Assembly: GCA_963717465.1 (NCBI GenBank)
Contig: OY970340.1
Coordinates: forward strand, 1 to 64,000
Origin: Candidatus Bathyarchaeota archaeon
GTDB lineage: Archaea; Thermoproteota; Bathyarchaeia; Bathyarchaeales; Bathycorpusculaceae
DNA: 64,000 nt
Direction: 5' to 3'
Below the pieces are notes generated by a model. It searched no databases. It was not told the DNA's origin and saw nothing but the letters and a program-made list of their open reading frames with translations. Of this stretch, positions 20,833 through 31,078 are shown in pieces (positions within the stretch are counted from its first letter, which is position 1; each line of letters opens with the position of its first letter). The position numbers and the translations under genes were made by a program.

Positions 20833-21160
20833 GTTTTCTACTCCGTTGTTTCTTCAATAATATTCGATTTTGGCTCCCACAGTTTAAACATGTTACTACG
20901 ACATGGGGTTCTCTTCTCTGTTTTATTCTAACTCGGCAGTTATATCCTTGCACTAGAAGCATATTACAATTCTTGCAGATTTGATGCAGATATTTAGGGG
21001 GTAAACGAATTTTTGCAGACATAGCAATCTTTCTTGCGGCGGAAACGTAATCCATGGCTAAGGAAGGATTACTTTTGCAAACTTTTTCGGCTTGTTCAAA
21101 AAGCACTTGGATACGCTGCCTAGCTACCTGCCGAATATCAACTGATTTCAAGAAGAACAC
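20795..21160 (-). CDS. rnp4: Ribonuclease P protein Rpp21
   Basis: ARQRIQVL, CKNC...CLNCG zinc ribbon; adjacent to YhbY. Confidence 0.92.
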   Translation of the reverse strand: MFFLKSVDIRQVARQRIQVLFEQAEKVCKSNPSLAMDYVSAARKIAMSAKIRLPPKYLHQICKNCNMLLVQGYNCRVRIKQRREPHVVVTCLNCGSQNRILLKKQRSRKLEQNNHTLETSR

Positions 21161-21302
21161 CCCAAATTACGTCACACTTAACTTAGAACTTAATCTACAT
21201 AATCTTTTTGTTATTGAACATTCCTCATGACACATACGCAAAAGTATACGTCTTAAGCACAAATCGCAATAGTTAAACCATTTAGCACTTACTTCAAAAA
21301 GA

Positions 21303-22193
21303 CTAGTTTTTTGATAGACCCATTTCTTTCCTTAATCTCTTCAAGGCTGAAACAATTTCAAACGGCTTGTTGCTCAAAATTTGCTGCGCTTTAGACGTAT
21401 CAAGCGATGAATCCATGGGTCTTTTTGCAGGCCAATTAAAACTCGCTGATTCAACAGGATTTATCAAACTATCGTCTAAACCAAATGTTTGCCCAATTAA
21501 TTTGCCAAAATCATACCTGTTAATTCGAGTTGCACCTGAAAGATGAAAAATGCCGGTTAATCTCCGCTCAATTATTTCCAGCGTCATCTCCGCTAAACTG
21601 CTGTTCAAAGTCGGCGAATTCCACTGATCAGTTACAACGTTCACTTTTTCACCAGTTCTAAGCTTGTTAATCAGCCAAAGAGCAAAATTCACTTTGCCAG
21701 CTGCAGGCACAGAACCATAAATAACACTTGGCCGGGCAATGCAATAGCTAATTAAGGCGTTTTTGACATTTTCCTCAGCTTTGACTTTGGTCAATCCATA
21801 ATAATTAATCGGGTCAAACGGATCATTTTCCTTGTAAAACCCTTCTGAACCGTTAAAAACATAATCCGTTGAAATATAAATTAAAAATGCATCATTGTTT
21901 TTAGAGGCATCGACAATGTTTTTGGTGCCTTCCACATTTATTTTCCAAGCAAGTTCCTTGTTCAACTCGCATTTATCTACATCAGTTAATGTTGCAGCAT
22001 GAACCACAACATGAGGCTTAATACTCCTAAAAACCTCGTCAACTGAATTCTTATCCGAAACGTCCATCTTAACAAAATTATTAGCTGAAAAATTTTGAAT
22101 ATCACTAGGATAAACTTCGAAATTCTTTGCCGAAGCAACCTCAACTAGTTTGGAGCCATAAAGACCACTTGCACCGGTGACTAAAAGTTTCAA
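21303..22193 (-). CDS. rfbD: dTDP-4-dehydrorhamnose reductase
   Basis: VTGASG, ISTDYVF, YGLTK, NSPT, RP; TTG start overlaps the rfbB stop. Confidence 0.93.
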   Translation of the reverse strand: MKLLVTGASGLYGSKLVEVASAKNFEVYPSDIQNFSANNFVKMDVSDKNSVDEVFRSIKPHVVVHAATLTDVDKCELNKELAWKINVEGTKNIVDASKNNDAFLIYISTDYVFNGSEGFYKENDPFDPINYYGLTKVKAEENVKNALISYCIARPSVIYGSVPAAGKVNFALWLINKLRTGEKVNVVTDQWNSPTLNSSLAEMTLEIIERRLTGIFHLSGATRINRYDFGKLIGQTFGLDDSLINPVESASFNWPAKRPMDSSLDTSKAQQILSNKPFEIVSALKRLRKEMGLSKN

Positions 22194-23197
22194 TGCGAAC
22201 CGCCGAGTTTCCAAGGTGTAGGATGAAGAATGACATCTGTAGCAAACGGCGTCCACCAATGCTCATGCTCTAGGTACCATTTAACGGTAGCCTCAAGTGA
22301 AGCCTCGAAACTAAACTTTGGCGCCCACCCGAGCGTATGTCTGATTTTTGATGAATCCAAGCTGTATCTTGCATCATGCCCCGGCCGATCTTCAACGAAA
22401 TTAATTAAACTTTCAGGCTTGTTCAACTGAGTGATAATTTTGCGGGCAATCTCGATGTTTGGAACCTCGTTTCCAGCCGAGACATTGTAAACTTCTCCAG
22501 ATTCTCCTTTTTCCAAAACTGTCGCTAAAGCTTCGCAGTGGTCCTGAACATAGATCCAATCGCGTATGTTGCGTCCTAAACCGTAAATTGGTATAGGTAA
22601 ATCCCTTAGGGCGCGGATAACTGTTTTAGGGACCAGTTTTTCAGGAAGCTGGTATGGACCAAAATTATTTGTACATCTTGTTATTGCAACGTTTAAGCCG
22701 AATGTTTTGTGGTATGATAATACAAACATGTCAGCAGCTGCTTTAGAAGCTGAATATGGATTTGAGGGTTTAGGCGGAGTAGTTTCCGTGAAAGACCCTT
22801 CTAAGGCTTCACCGTAAACTTCGTCAGTAGATACTTGCAGAAGCCTAGCTTTATGATTGTGCTTTCTAATAGCTTCTAAAATCGTGAATGTTCCAACAGT
22901 GTTATTCTCCAAGAACAAATAAGGGTCAGCTATACTACGGTCTACATGTGTTTCAGCGGCGATGTTGACTACCGCATCGACTTGATGGATTAGCCTGTTC
23001 ATTAGTTGTGGGTTACAAATATCGCCCTTAATGAAAGTGTATCGTTTATCATTCTCGATATCATGCAAGTTTGCGGGATTTGCGCCTATGCCTATTTTAT
23101 CAACGTTTATCAATTCGTAGTCGGAGCGCTTTTCAAGTATGTACCTGCAAAAGTTGCTTCCGATGAATCCTAATCCGCCAGTTACTAAAAGTTTCAT
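22190..23197 (-). CDS. rfbB: dTDP-glucose 4,6-dehydratase
   Basis: TGGLGFIGSNF, AAETHVDRSI, STDEVYG, YSASK, DRPGHDARY. Confidence 0.96.
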   Translation of the reverse strand: MKLLVTGGLGFIGSNFCRYILEKRSDYELINVDKIGIGANPANLHDIENDKRYTFIKGDICNPQLMNRLIHQVDAVVNIAAETHVDRSIADPYLFLENNTVGTFTILEAIRKHNHKARLLQVSTDEVYGEALEGSFTETTPPKPSNPYSASKAAADMFVLSYHKTFGLNVAITRCTNNFGPYQLPEKLVPKTVIRALRDLPIPIYGLGRNIRDWIYVQDHCEALATVLEKGESGEVYNVSAGNEVPNIEIARKIITQLNKPESLINFVEDRPGHDARYSLDSSKIRHTLGWAPKFSFEASLEATVKWYLEHEHWWTPFATDVILHPTPWKLGGSH

Positions 23198-23203
23198 TTT
23201 AAA

Positions 23204-23707
23204 TCACTTGTTAGGTGGATAATTCCAATCCCAAGGTTTGCCAACACGTGGGTCATCTTTTTTTCCATTTATAGATTTAGGAATAAGTGTTGGATCATTC
23301 CATGGTCTACGTTCTTCATCCGGGTCAGCAGAGTCATACATCCTAGTGGTGAAATATAGAAGCAGGGTAGTTTCATTTCCAAAGGCTTTAAAGCCATGCC
23401 AATAATTACCGGGCACACGCACAACCCGCAAATCTAGAGCGCTCGAAATAATTTCATCTAATTCGCCAGATTTTTCATCGTATACACCTATTTTTGCGGA
23501 GCCCTTGAGGACTAAAAAATAATCTGTTTGACCCTTAAGATGCCTATGCCAAGCACGTACGATATTAGGATACGTTGACGAAAGATTAGCTTGCACAACA
23601 TTGTCTTCACCAAATAGTTCTGTCCAATCTTTTCGCATCACTTCAGTGAAAAATCCTCTTTCGTCAGAAAAGCGAGTGATTAGTTTGAACCGTATTCCGT
23701 TAAGCAT
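23204..23707 (-). CDS. rfbC: dTDP-4-dehydrorhamnose 3,5-epimerase
   Basis: DERGFF, RAWH, WHGF. Confidence 0.92.
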   Translation of the reverse strand: MLNGIRFKLITRFSDERGFFTEVMRKDWTELFGEDNVVQANLSSTYPNIVRAWHRHLKGQTDYFLVLKGSAKIGVYDEKSGELDEIISSALDLRVVRVPGNYWHGFKAFGNETTLLLYFTTRMYDSADPDEERRPWNDPTLIPKSINGKKDDPRVGKPWDWNYPPNK

Positions 23708-23768
23708 AGTTTTTCCCGTTTAACATTTATATAAACTTGAAATGTTTATAATAGTTGTTATATCATAA

Positions 23769-24827
23769 TTAAACTTCTATTTCTGAGAAATCCCCAATAT
23801 GGACCCTGATTGTTCGATTCCTCTGGTTCTTGGTTACTTTTGCATTTTTGCCAATTAAGCTCTCTTCAATTCGCTCTACATCCTTTATTGTGACGGAATC
23901 TTGTATGACACAATACTCCACGTTCGAGTTAAGGATCACCGAGTTGTCTCCAATGCTTGTAAATGGTCCGATAAAGGAGTTTTCAATTGACACATTGCTT
24001 CCTATTACACAAGGTCCCCTAACTGTGCTGTTAACGATTCTTGATTTAGGATCAACCTTAACTCTGCCGTCTATAACGCTGTTCGTGACTTTTCCTTTAA
24101 CGTCTAACTTTATGTATTCATCCAGAATTTTGGCGTTTGCCGAAAGAATATCATCCTTTTTGCCTGTATCCAGCCACCATGAATCAAGAAGTTCAGCCTT
24201 CACCTTAAAATTCATGTTAATCATTTCTTGAATCGCATCAGTTATCTCAAGCTCACCTCTCCACGAAGGCTTGATCCGTTTTATGGCTTGATGAATTTTG
24301 CTTGAGAAAATGTAAGTACCAATAATAGCCAGATTGCTTACCGGCGTCTTAGGTTTTTCCACCAACTTTATAATGTTACCCTCAGCATCTAACTGCGCCA
24401 CACCAAAACTCTGCGGGTTCTCAACCTCTTTTAAAATGATAAGGGCATCAAGCTTTTCTTTTGTAAATTTCTTAACAAAAGAATTTAGCCCTTGACCAGT
24501 AACGTTATCACCAAGGCACATCACGAAAGAATCCTTTCCCAAAAAACGCTCAGCAGTTCTAACTGCATGCGCTAAACCCAAAGGTTCCTGGGGAATATAA
24601 GTAACGTTAAGGTTCCAAGCTGAACCATCAGCGACATAATCTTTAACGTATTGACCAGTTTCTGGAGCAGTGATAATTCCAGCCTTTTTTATGTTCGTGC
24701 CTTGGACTTGTTCAAGAACATAGCCTAAAATAGGCTTGTTTGCTACTGGAATCAGTTGTTTGGCACATGTAAAAGTTAAAGGTCTCAGTCTTGTTCCTTT
24801 GCCTCCGCTAAGTACAAGCGCTTTCAC
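23769..24827 (-). CDS. rfbA: Glucose-1-phosphate thymidylyltransferase (long form)
   Basis: LSGGKGTRLRPLT, KQLIPVANKP, EKP, RGELEITDAI. Confidence 0.95.
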   Translation of the reverse strand: MKALVLSGGKGTRLRPLTFTCAKQLIPVANKPILGYVLEQVQGTNIKKAGIITAPETGQYVKDYVADGSAWNLNVTYIPQEPLGLAHAVRTAERFLGKDSFVMCLGDNVTGQGLNSFVKKFTKEKLDALIILKEVENPQSFGVAQLDAEGNIIKLVEKPKTPVSNLAIIGTYIFSSKIHQAIKRIKPSWRGELEITDAIQEMINMNFKVKAELLDSWWLDTGKKDDILSANAKILDEYIKLDVKGKVTNSVIDGRVKVDPKSRIVNSTVRGPCVIGSNVSIENSFIGPFTSIGDNSVILNSNVEYCVIQDSVTIKDVERIEESLIGKNAKVTKNQRNRTIRVHIGDFSEIEV

Positions 24828-24948
24828 CTAAACCAAATCTCCTCTAAGTGTGAAATTGATACTATCCACTAATCCGATTAATCTATTAAGGCATTTCCAA
24901 ACTTTACTGCCACTTTGTGTTCTTATGCCGAATTCACGACAGCTGCAA

Positions 24949-27471
24949 TTAATTATCAGTTGTAAAATTGAGGTTATCTATGTTGACAACACTTTGAACG
25001 CTGTCAAAATTAATGACTTCTAAAGTCAAAACAAGAGCGATCGGAAGTGTTGAATTGTATGTTTGCAGCCATTTTTCACTTAGGTTGAAAGTAAACGATC
25101 CGTTGTAGCTGTCAAGTATGATAGCATTTGAATAGTTTTGGTAAATGCTGTTGGGAGTTGTAATAACTAATGCTTGCGATTGATTGGTATCGGAAATAAG
25201 GAGTGCAAAAGTGTCTTTTCCGCTGAAACCTTTCGTTGCATTAACATAGAAGGAAAAAGTAGTATTCGAATTATTGGGCAAGAAAATGGTTCTATTAACC
25301 CAGCATGCATATTCTGCGCTGAATCCACCAATTTCAGGTGTGGCTTGTGCAGTGATCGTAAGACTATTTGACCCGTCCACTCCGGTGCCGGGCGTTATTG
25401 TTGCGTTGCCTAATCCGTTGTCAGTCGAGTTAAATTCCCACAAGTTTTGATTCCAACTATTATATTCAAAATTATCCAAGAAAGCGGTATCTTGGTTGGT
25501 TACATTTACTTTGAAAAGGTAAGAATCACCAAAATTTTTTACAAGTATAAAGTTTGGATTGCCAAGGAAAACTTGAGGCGACCAAGGAGAAAAACCTGAT
25601 TCAAATAAAGCACTTGAATGGGCTTCAGTTGATCCAACGAAGATGTAACTGATATTCCAATAATTCAATAGCTGATAAGTCGTTGCATTTAGTATATTAT
25701 CGCCAATTAAATTAACTAATTCCTCATATGATTGACTAGTGCAGCTTTGGGTGAAAGGAAATATTATTTTGAGATGCGAAATTGAAGGAATAAACGTTCC
25801 TGAACCAAAAGGATGCACCAAAATCACAGCGTCTGAGGGCAAATTAGTTCCCATCCAAGTCATTAATTCATAATCGCTTTGTGTTGTTATAGAGTAAGAG
25901 GCATACCCTACTTTCACGTTATCTAAATCTGATGTAAAGCGGCAGTAAACAAAAGGCGTGACTAATAAAGATAAAACAATAATTGTCAATAGCAATGTTA
26001 TTTTAGATCCTCTTTCGAATCTGTTCTTTGAAAATCTCGAAGCAGCTTTACGAATATAATCAGAAATTTTTACAAAAAAGACTAGAATTAATATGTTTAA
26101 AGGAATTGAAAGAAGTATGTCTTGGTGTACCCATTGTATTATATTTAATACATTAACATCAACAAGTGAGAGTAAAAGCAGAATTAGCCCAGAAACAAAA
26201 ACAATTAATACAAACTCGCCAATTAGAAAAATCTTATCGTCTTTCTTCTTATATTCTCTAGAAATGACAAAGAGTACAATAAAACCAGAAATAAAAATGA
26301 CCATCAATACACTAAGAATAGGGTTAAAAGATAAAAGATTAAGAATAACTTGTGGAGAAACGTTGGGTAAAATCTGCTGCAATTGACCCGCAGATGAGCT
26401 AGTAAGATCAGTGGGGAGCCCAACGTTATGGTTTGGATAGGGATAAAAAAGGATAAACCTGTATAAGAAAGGACTTAGCGGAATTAGACTAGCTGCAAAA
26501 AACAAACAGAATTTGCCTATAGCACGTAGTCTATTTCCGTGCTCTCGCAATAAATAGAAAATAAGTAGCAACAGGGTTACTACGATTAATATCTCAATGT
26601 AAGATAATATTAATGCTCCAGCATACCCGAACAGTAATCCAATGACGATAAGTTCAATGTTGCTATGTTTCTGATTATAATTAAAAAGTAGTCCTAAACA
26701 TATTAGATATAGTGGGAACCCAACGATGAATGGATTTGCACCCCAAGTTATGCCCAAGGGCCAAAGAGAAATAAATGTGAAAATAAAAGCCAAACCTAAG
26801 CCATAGGTTGAGCTTTTGCCGAGTTTTTTGCCAAGAAAATAGGCGCCCAAGATAGTAAGTGACTTAAATAAAGTTGAAACGTACAAAATGATTTGCGGAA
26901 TCGCCATGCTTAACACGTATGAAGCGAAACCAAAAATTGCGTGCGAACCTTGTGGATAAATAAGTCCTTCAGGTAAGTACGGTTGTAGCGTAAGCGGAAC
27001 ATAATGGTTTTCTAGAAGTACAGTAACGTAAAGGGAATGAATTGACTCGTCACGAACACTTCCGAACACAAATCCTGATAATGTATTCAAATTGATTGAA
27101 AGAAAAATCAGAAACATCAATAAAACGAGGATGTAGGTAGCTAATTCCTTTTTTCTTGTGACAAAGAAAGCTTTTTTTGATGATTGAGCCCAATTTATTA
27201 ATGATTTGGCGTGGAGAATAATGGTTAAAACTGCACATAATAGTACAAGGGATACTAATATGGGCAAACTGAAAAGTCCTATGGGTAATATTGCTAACAC
27301 GTAGAGGACGAATCCACCTACGAAAACATCAAAGATGGAAGCCTCAATGAAATCTAAGTTAGAAAAGATGCCTAATCGACGTAGCAAGATTTTCCTAAAA
27401 GGCTCTCCGAGGATGACTAGAAGAATCAAGAGAAAAAGCAGTTGCAGTAACACCGATATCATGGCTGACAC
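24949..27471 (-). CDS. Large polytopic membrane protein with extracellular C-terminal domain (GT-C-like)
   Basis: About 13 hydrophobic segments, RDESIH loop, YPQG motif, C-terminal domain rich in N-x-S/T sequons; glycosylation cluster context. Confidence 0.6.
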   Translation of the reverse strand: MSAMISVLLQLLFLLILLVILGEPFRKILLRRLGIFSNLDFIEASIFDVFVGGFVLYVLAILPIGLFSLPILVSLVLLCAVLTIILHAKSLINWAQSSKKAFFVTRKKELATYILVLLMFLIFLSINLNTLSGFVFGSVRDESIHSLYVTVLLENHYVPLTLQPYLPEGLIYPQGSHAIFGFASYVLSMAIPQIILYVSTLFKSLTILGAYFLGKKLGKSSTYGLGLAFIFTFISLWPLGITWGANPFIVGFPLYLICLGLLFNYNQKHSNIELIVIGLLFGYAGALILSYIEILIVVTLLLLIFYLLREHGNRLRAIGKFCLFFAASLIPLSPFLYRFILFYPYPNHNVGLPTDLTSSSAGQLQQILPNVSPQVILNLLSFNPILSVLMVIFISGFIVLFVISREYKKKDDKIFLIGEFVLIVFVSGLILLLLSLVDVNVLNIIQWVHQDILLSIPLNILILVFFVKISDYIRKAASRFSKNRFERGSKITLLLTIIVLSLLVTPFVYCRFTSDLDNVKVGYASYSITTQSDYELMTWMGTNLPSDAVILVHPFGSGTFIPSISHLKIIFPFTQSCTSQSYEELVNLIGDNILNATTYQLLNYWNISYIFVGSTEAHSSALFESGFSPWSPQVFLGNPNFILVKNFGDSYLFKVNVTNQDTAFLDNFEYNSWNQNLWEFNSTDNGLGNATITPGTGVDGSNSLTITAQATPEIGGFSAEYACWVNRTIFLPNNSNTTFSFYVNATKGFSGKDTFALLISDTNQSQALVITTPNSIYQNYSNAIILDSYNGSFTFNLSEKWLQTYNSTLPIALVLTLEVINFDSVQSVVNIDNLNFTTDN

Positions 27472-27514
27472 TAAAATAAATTTAGGTTAGAAGCCCTTAA
27501 AAACATAATCATCA

Positions 27515-28601
27515 CTAAAGTCTCTCGTAAACCTTAACAAGTTTATCCACGTAGCTATCCCAATCAAGAAAGACTTTAGAATCCGAAGAAATTTTGGGGT
27601 AGGATTTTTGAGCGGCTTTTTTAATTGCAAGCAGCGACGGATTGTGGGTCTGTGGAGTTAATGCCTTCCGCAAAACCATTTAAAACGAGATTGCTCAAAG
27701 CTCCAAAGTTCAAGACAACCACGGGCAAGCCTATAATCAAAGCGTCATAAACAACTCGGCTGAAACTTTCCAAAGGTGAAAGCATAACTAAAGCACTTGC
27801 TTTAGCGTATTCATCCAATAACTGCTGCCTAGACAAATTACTAGTCCACTCGACGAAATCATTTACATTCAAAGAGTTAGTTAAATTAACAAGTGAATCG
27901 CGCTCTTGACCAGAGCCAACTAAAACGAGACGAAAATCACCATGATCATTCTTTACCAAGTTTGCGAAGCCTTTTAGAACTTTATCAACATTCTTATAAC
28001 TCCTAAAAGTTCCAACATAAAGAATACGTTTCGGTTCAACAGGTTTCCGTTTGACATTAGCGACCTCATCAATATCCAATCCTTCAGGAAGCAAGATTAA
28101 ATTTTTTGCAAACGGAAAATCTTTTTGAATAGCATTTTTTTCATAATCTGAGTTAGCCACTACTGCGTGAACACTTGAGAAGATTCTTGGGTAAGTTTTC
28201 TTGTAGAGTTCAAAAAAAGAATTACGTAAAGGTGACTGCCCGTAACGATGATAGTGGGTTTGAAGCAGCAACTTTTGGTTTTTGCCCTTGTTTAATGAAA
28301 TAATCAATGGAAGTAGCGTGTGAATGTTATGAACATGGATAACATCAGCTTTCTCTTTACGCATGCTTGTAACAAATTTTGGTTCAGGAAGAAACAAGGG
28401 GTCACCATACAAAGCAGCAAAACGTTTAACGATAACACCGTTGATGTTTTCAGTCGATGCCAAACTGGATTCTTTGTCAACAGAATAGATGATAACGTCC
28501 AGCCCTTTTTTTACAAGTTTCTCGCTTATCTTTTGAACGACTATTTCTATTCCGCCACTGCTGGGCAGATAACGAGGCGTAACTTGCAAAACACGCATCA
28601 A
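27515..28601 (-). CDS. Glycosyltransferase family 4 (frameshift near 27630)
   Basis: GGIE, HVHN, YVGxxxxYKN, ESFSRVVYDA; shifted frame continues AIKKAA...FLDWDSYVDKLVKVYERL-stop. Confidence 0.88.
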
Positions 28602-29497
28602 TTGACCTCAATAGATGATTTTGTTGAAATTTTTGTGCTTTTTATTGGCTTCCAAATGTAGGGCACTTTATTTTTAGAGAAAAATTTTGCTTGAGAATAG
28701 GCAGCTACTTCTATAAAACTGCCTAATAATGCATAAAAAATCTCCGTAAACTTCAATTCAGTGACAACTTGTAGTATATTCCCAAAACTTGAAGTAGAAA
28801 CAGAAAAACCGGTTGCCTGTTTTAGTTGCAGGTGTCCTATCCATATTCTGCGTCTTTGTTCAAATAAATCAGAAACATTCGTCGGACAACGAATGCGAAT
28901 AATCGCGCTCGGAACATAATAAATTGGGTAACCCTGCTTGCGAATAGACAATTCTATGTATGGCTCATCAGTAGCAATGTTCTCAGGAATTGGTTGTAAA
29001 CATGTTGTTTTTATTGCGCAAAGCTCGCCGGTTAACTTTGGACTTTTAAGAAGTGAAATGTAATGGTGCATGCGCCAAATAGACTTTACAATTTCATAGC
29101 TTACTCCAGTGGGTCCCTGAAAAGGTACTGGTTGCGCAAAGACTGCACCAGCATCACTATTTTTAATGTGTGAAACGAGGTTGGTTATGCTTCCATTTTC
29201 AGGCAATGCATCAGCATTTACTAAGACTAAAATGTCGAAGTCTTTTGCATAATCAAATATCAGGTTGAGAGCATGAGGTTTGCCTTTGCGTGTCTCTTCA
29301 ACAATCGATTTAACTCTTGTATCCATTGTTTGAAATTTTTTTACAATATCCGTCGTTCTGTCTGTGCATCCAGAGCAGACAACTATAATCTTGTAATCAC
29401 TAGGCAAGTGTTGCTCAAAAATTAAATTATGAAGAATAAAATTGATATTGTGCTCTTCGTTGTACGCGCAAATTCCGATTACAATTTTGGGAACCAT
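28598..29497 (-). CDS. Glycosyltransferase family 2
   Basis: ICAYNEE, CTDRT, GKPHALN, NAD, QRRRI. Confidence 0.9.
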   Translation of the reverse strand: MVPKIVIGICAYNEEHNINFILHNLIFEQHLPSDYKIIVVCSGCTDRTTDIVKKFQTMDTRVKSIVEETRKGKPHALNLIFDYAKDFDILVLVNADALPENGSITNLVSHIKNSDAGAVFAQPVPFQGPTGVSYEIVKSIWRMHHYISLLKSPKLTGELCAIKTTCLQPIPENIATDEPYIELSIRKQGYPIYYVPSAIIRIRCPTNVSDLFEQRRRIWIGHLQLKQATGFSVSTSSFGNILQVVTELKFTEIFYALLGSFIEVAAYSQAKFFSKNKVPYIWKPIKSTKISTKSSIEVN

Positions 29498-29620
29498 TAA
29501 TTTCGACCATGATAATGTTGCTCTTATTTTTAAGCATGCTTGAACTACAAACAACAAATAACTTAAGAACACTTCTCCTTTTATACATCACGGCTAACAC
29601 AGCTGAAGGAAAAGAAGCGA

Positions 29621-30217
29621 TTAAAATAGAATCTTGCGTAATGAATATTCGACTGGAAAAACCGTTAGACATCCTTTATCAAGTTTTACCTCTTTGGTAG
29701 AAGTGTAACCTCTTTTTTCGCGAATGAGCAATTCACGTTTCACTTGCAAGCCTAAGCCGTAACCGCCTAATGTGAAATCTGATTTGACTACTCGGTGGCA
29801 GGGAATAAGTGGAGCGAAAGGATTTTTTGCCATTACGTTTCCAACGGCTCTTGGACCGCCACCAACTGCTTTAGAGATTGAACCATAAGAAGCCAAATAC
29901 CCAGCCGGGATCAGCGATGTTGCATTGAGCACTTTTTGAGTGTAAATGGGTAAATAGTCAGTAAATAGAGGAAAGTTTTCTTTAACGTCTTTTCCCTCGT
30001 AAATCTTGTTAAGACAATCGATTACAGTTTCAGCTAAAGCAGAAGGTTTGCTGGCGACTTGAAATGGAACGTTTAAGGGTATGCTGCTTAAAAGGCGATT
30101 TATAACTTTCTTGTAATCTGTATCAAAAGTGGTGTACAAAATTCTTTGCTTAAAAAATGAAACTCCGAACCAAACGTGGCTTATATTTTCTAAATATGCT
30201 TCTATTGCGTCTATCAT
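29621..30217 (-). CDS. ogt: Methylated-DNA-protein-cysteine methyltransferase
   Basis: RAVGNVM, IPCHRVV active site, LGGY; likely start ATG 30217. Confidence 0.93.
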   Translation of the reverse strand: MIDAIEAYLENISHVWFGVSFFKQRILYTTFDTDYKKVINRLLSSIPLNVPFQVASKPSALAETVIDCLNKIYEGKDVKENFPLFTDYLPIYTQKVLNATSLIPAGYLASYGSISKAVGGGPRAVGNVMAKNPFAPLIPCHRVVKSDFTLGGYGLGLQVKRELLIREKRGYTSTKEVKLDKGCLTVFPVEYSLRKILF

Positions 30218-30340
30218 TGTCTTACATCCATAACTAGGATTAAGCAAATTAGATAGTTCCATGTTTTGCTTTTTATATACTTGCGGTTTATGTTTCAATT
30301 TCCTTGTCTTAACGCTGTCTTAGGGTTCTGTTAAGTTGTC

Positions 30341-30547
30341 GTGAGATTTTTCTCAAAGGATGATACCGCTACTCTCAAGGGCTATCAGCTTTATCATAAC
30401 TTCATTAGACCCCATGAAGCATTAGACGGCAAAACACCAGCCGAAGCATGCGGAATAAGCATTGAGGGACAAAATAAGTGGATAACTCTAATCCAGAATG
30501 CGCAACAGACGAAAAGTAACATGAAGATAAAACAGACAAAGAGGTAA
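30341..30547 (+). pseudogene. C-terminal remnant of archaeal DDE (IS6-like) transposase
   Basis: GYQLYHNFIRPHEALDGKTPAEACG...NKWITLIQNA; catalytic core absent, begins right after the left IR. Confidence 0.82.
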
Positions 30548-30641
30548 TAAAACCATCTTTTGCAAATGCTTAAAGAATTTGGCGAGCTAGAATTAAAATT
30601 TTAACGCATAAATTTTTTAAACATGGCTTCGCTAAGCAAGT

Positions 30642-30902
30642 ATGCTCGGAGCTGGCAACTTGGCTAAAAACAATAAATATATCAGGTATTTCGTGAATAG
30701 GAAATTCGCTGTGGATGCAGTCTGCATGGCAATCTTTTGGGTAATCGTTTACACTCCCGTATACTTGTATACTTCAAAATCGCTTGAAGCCGCATTGATT
30801 GGTCTTGGCTCTTCAGCCGTGCTAGAGATTCTTTTGGGCGGAGTCTACGGTAAGTTCAATGATTGGGTTAGAAGAAAAGCAGGCGTAAAGGGCGAAGAAT
30901 GA
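30642..30902 (+). CDS. Small membrane passenger protein, possibly AlaE (L-alanine exporter)-like
   Basis: Two hydrophobic segments, D..AMxxF near N-terminus and YGKFNDWVRR resembling the AlaE YGxxRDW pattern. Confidence 0.55.
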   Translation: MLGAGNLAKNNKYIRYFVNRKFAVDAVCMAIFWVIVYTPVYLYTSKSLEAALIGLGSSAVLEILLGGVYGKFNDWVRRKAGVKGEE

Positions 30903-31078
30903 ACTGTGTTGAATTATTAAATGATTTACGATGATACTCAGTTACGCGGTTGCCCCATCCCACGAAAGTTAACAGAAATATTCATCCATTAAGAACTTAA
31001 CAGAACCTGTCTTAGAATAGTTTTTAAGTAACCTTAATAGGTTGTTTTATGTATAACACCCGAAAAAGGTTGAAAACT

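Larger units (their letters stand above)
30324..31007. mobile_element. Non-autonomous IS6-family-like element (684 bp) with passenger gene
   Basis: Perfect 14-bp IRs GGTTCTGTTAAGTT (30324-30337) and AACTTAACAGAACC (30994-31007); 8-bp direct repeats TGTCTTAG at 30316-30323 and 31008-31015; transposase remnant inside. Confidence 0.9.
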
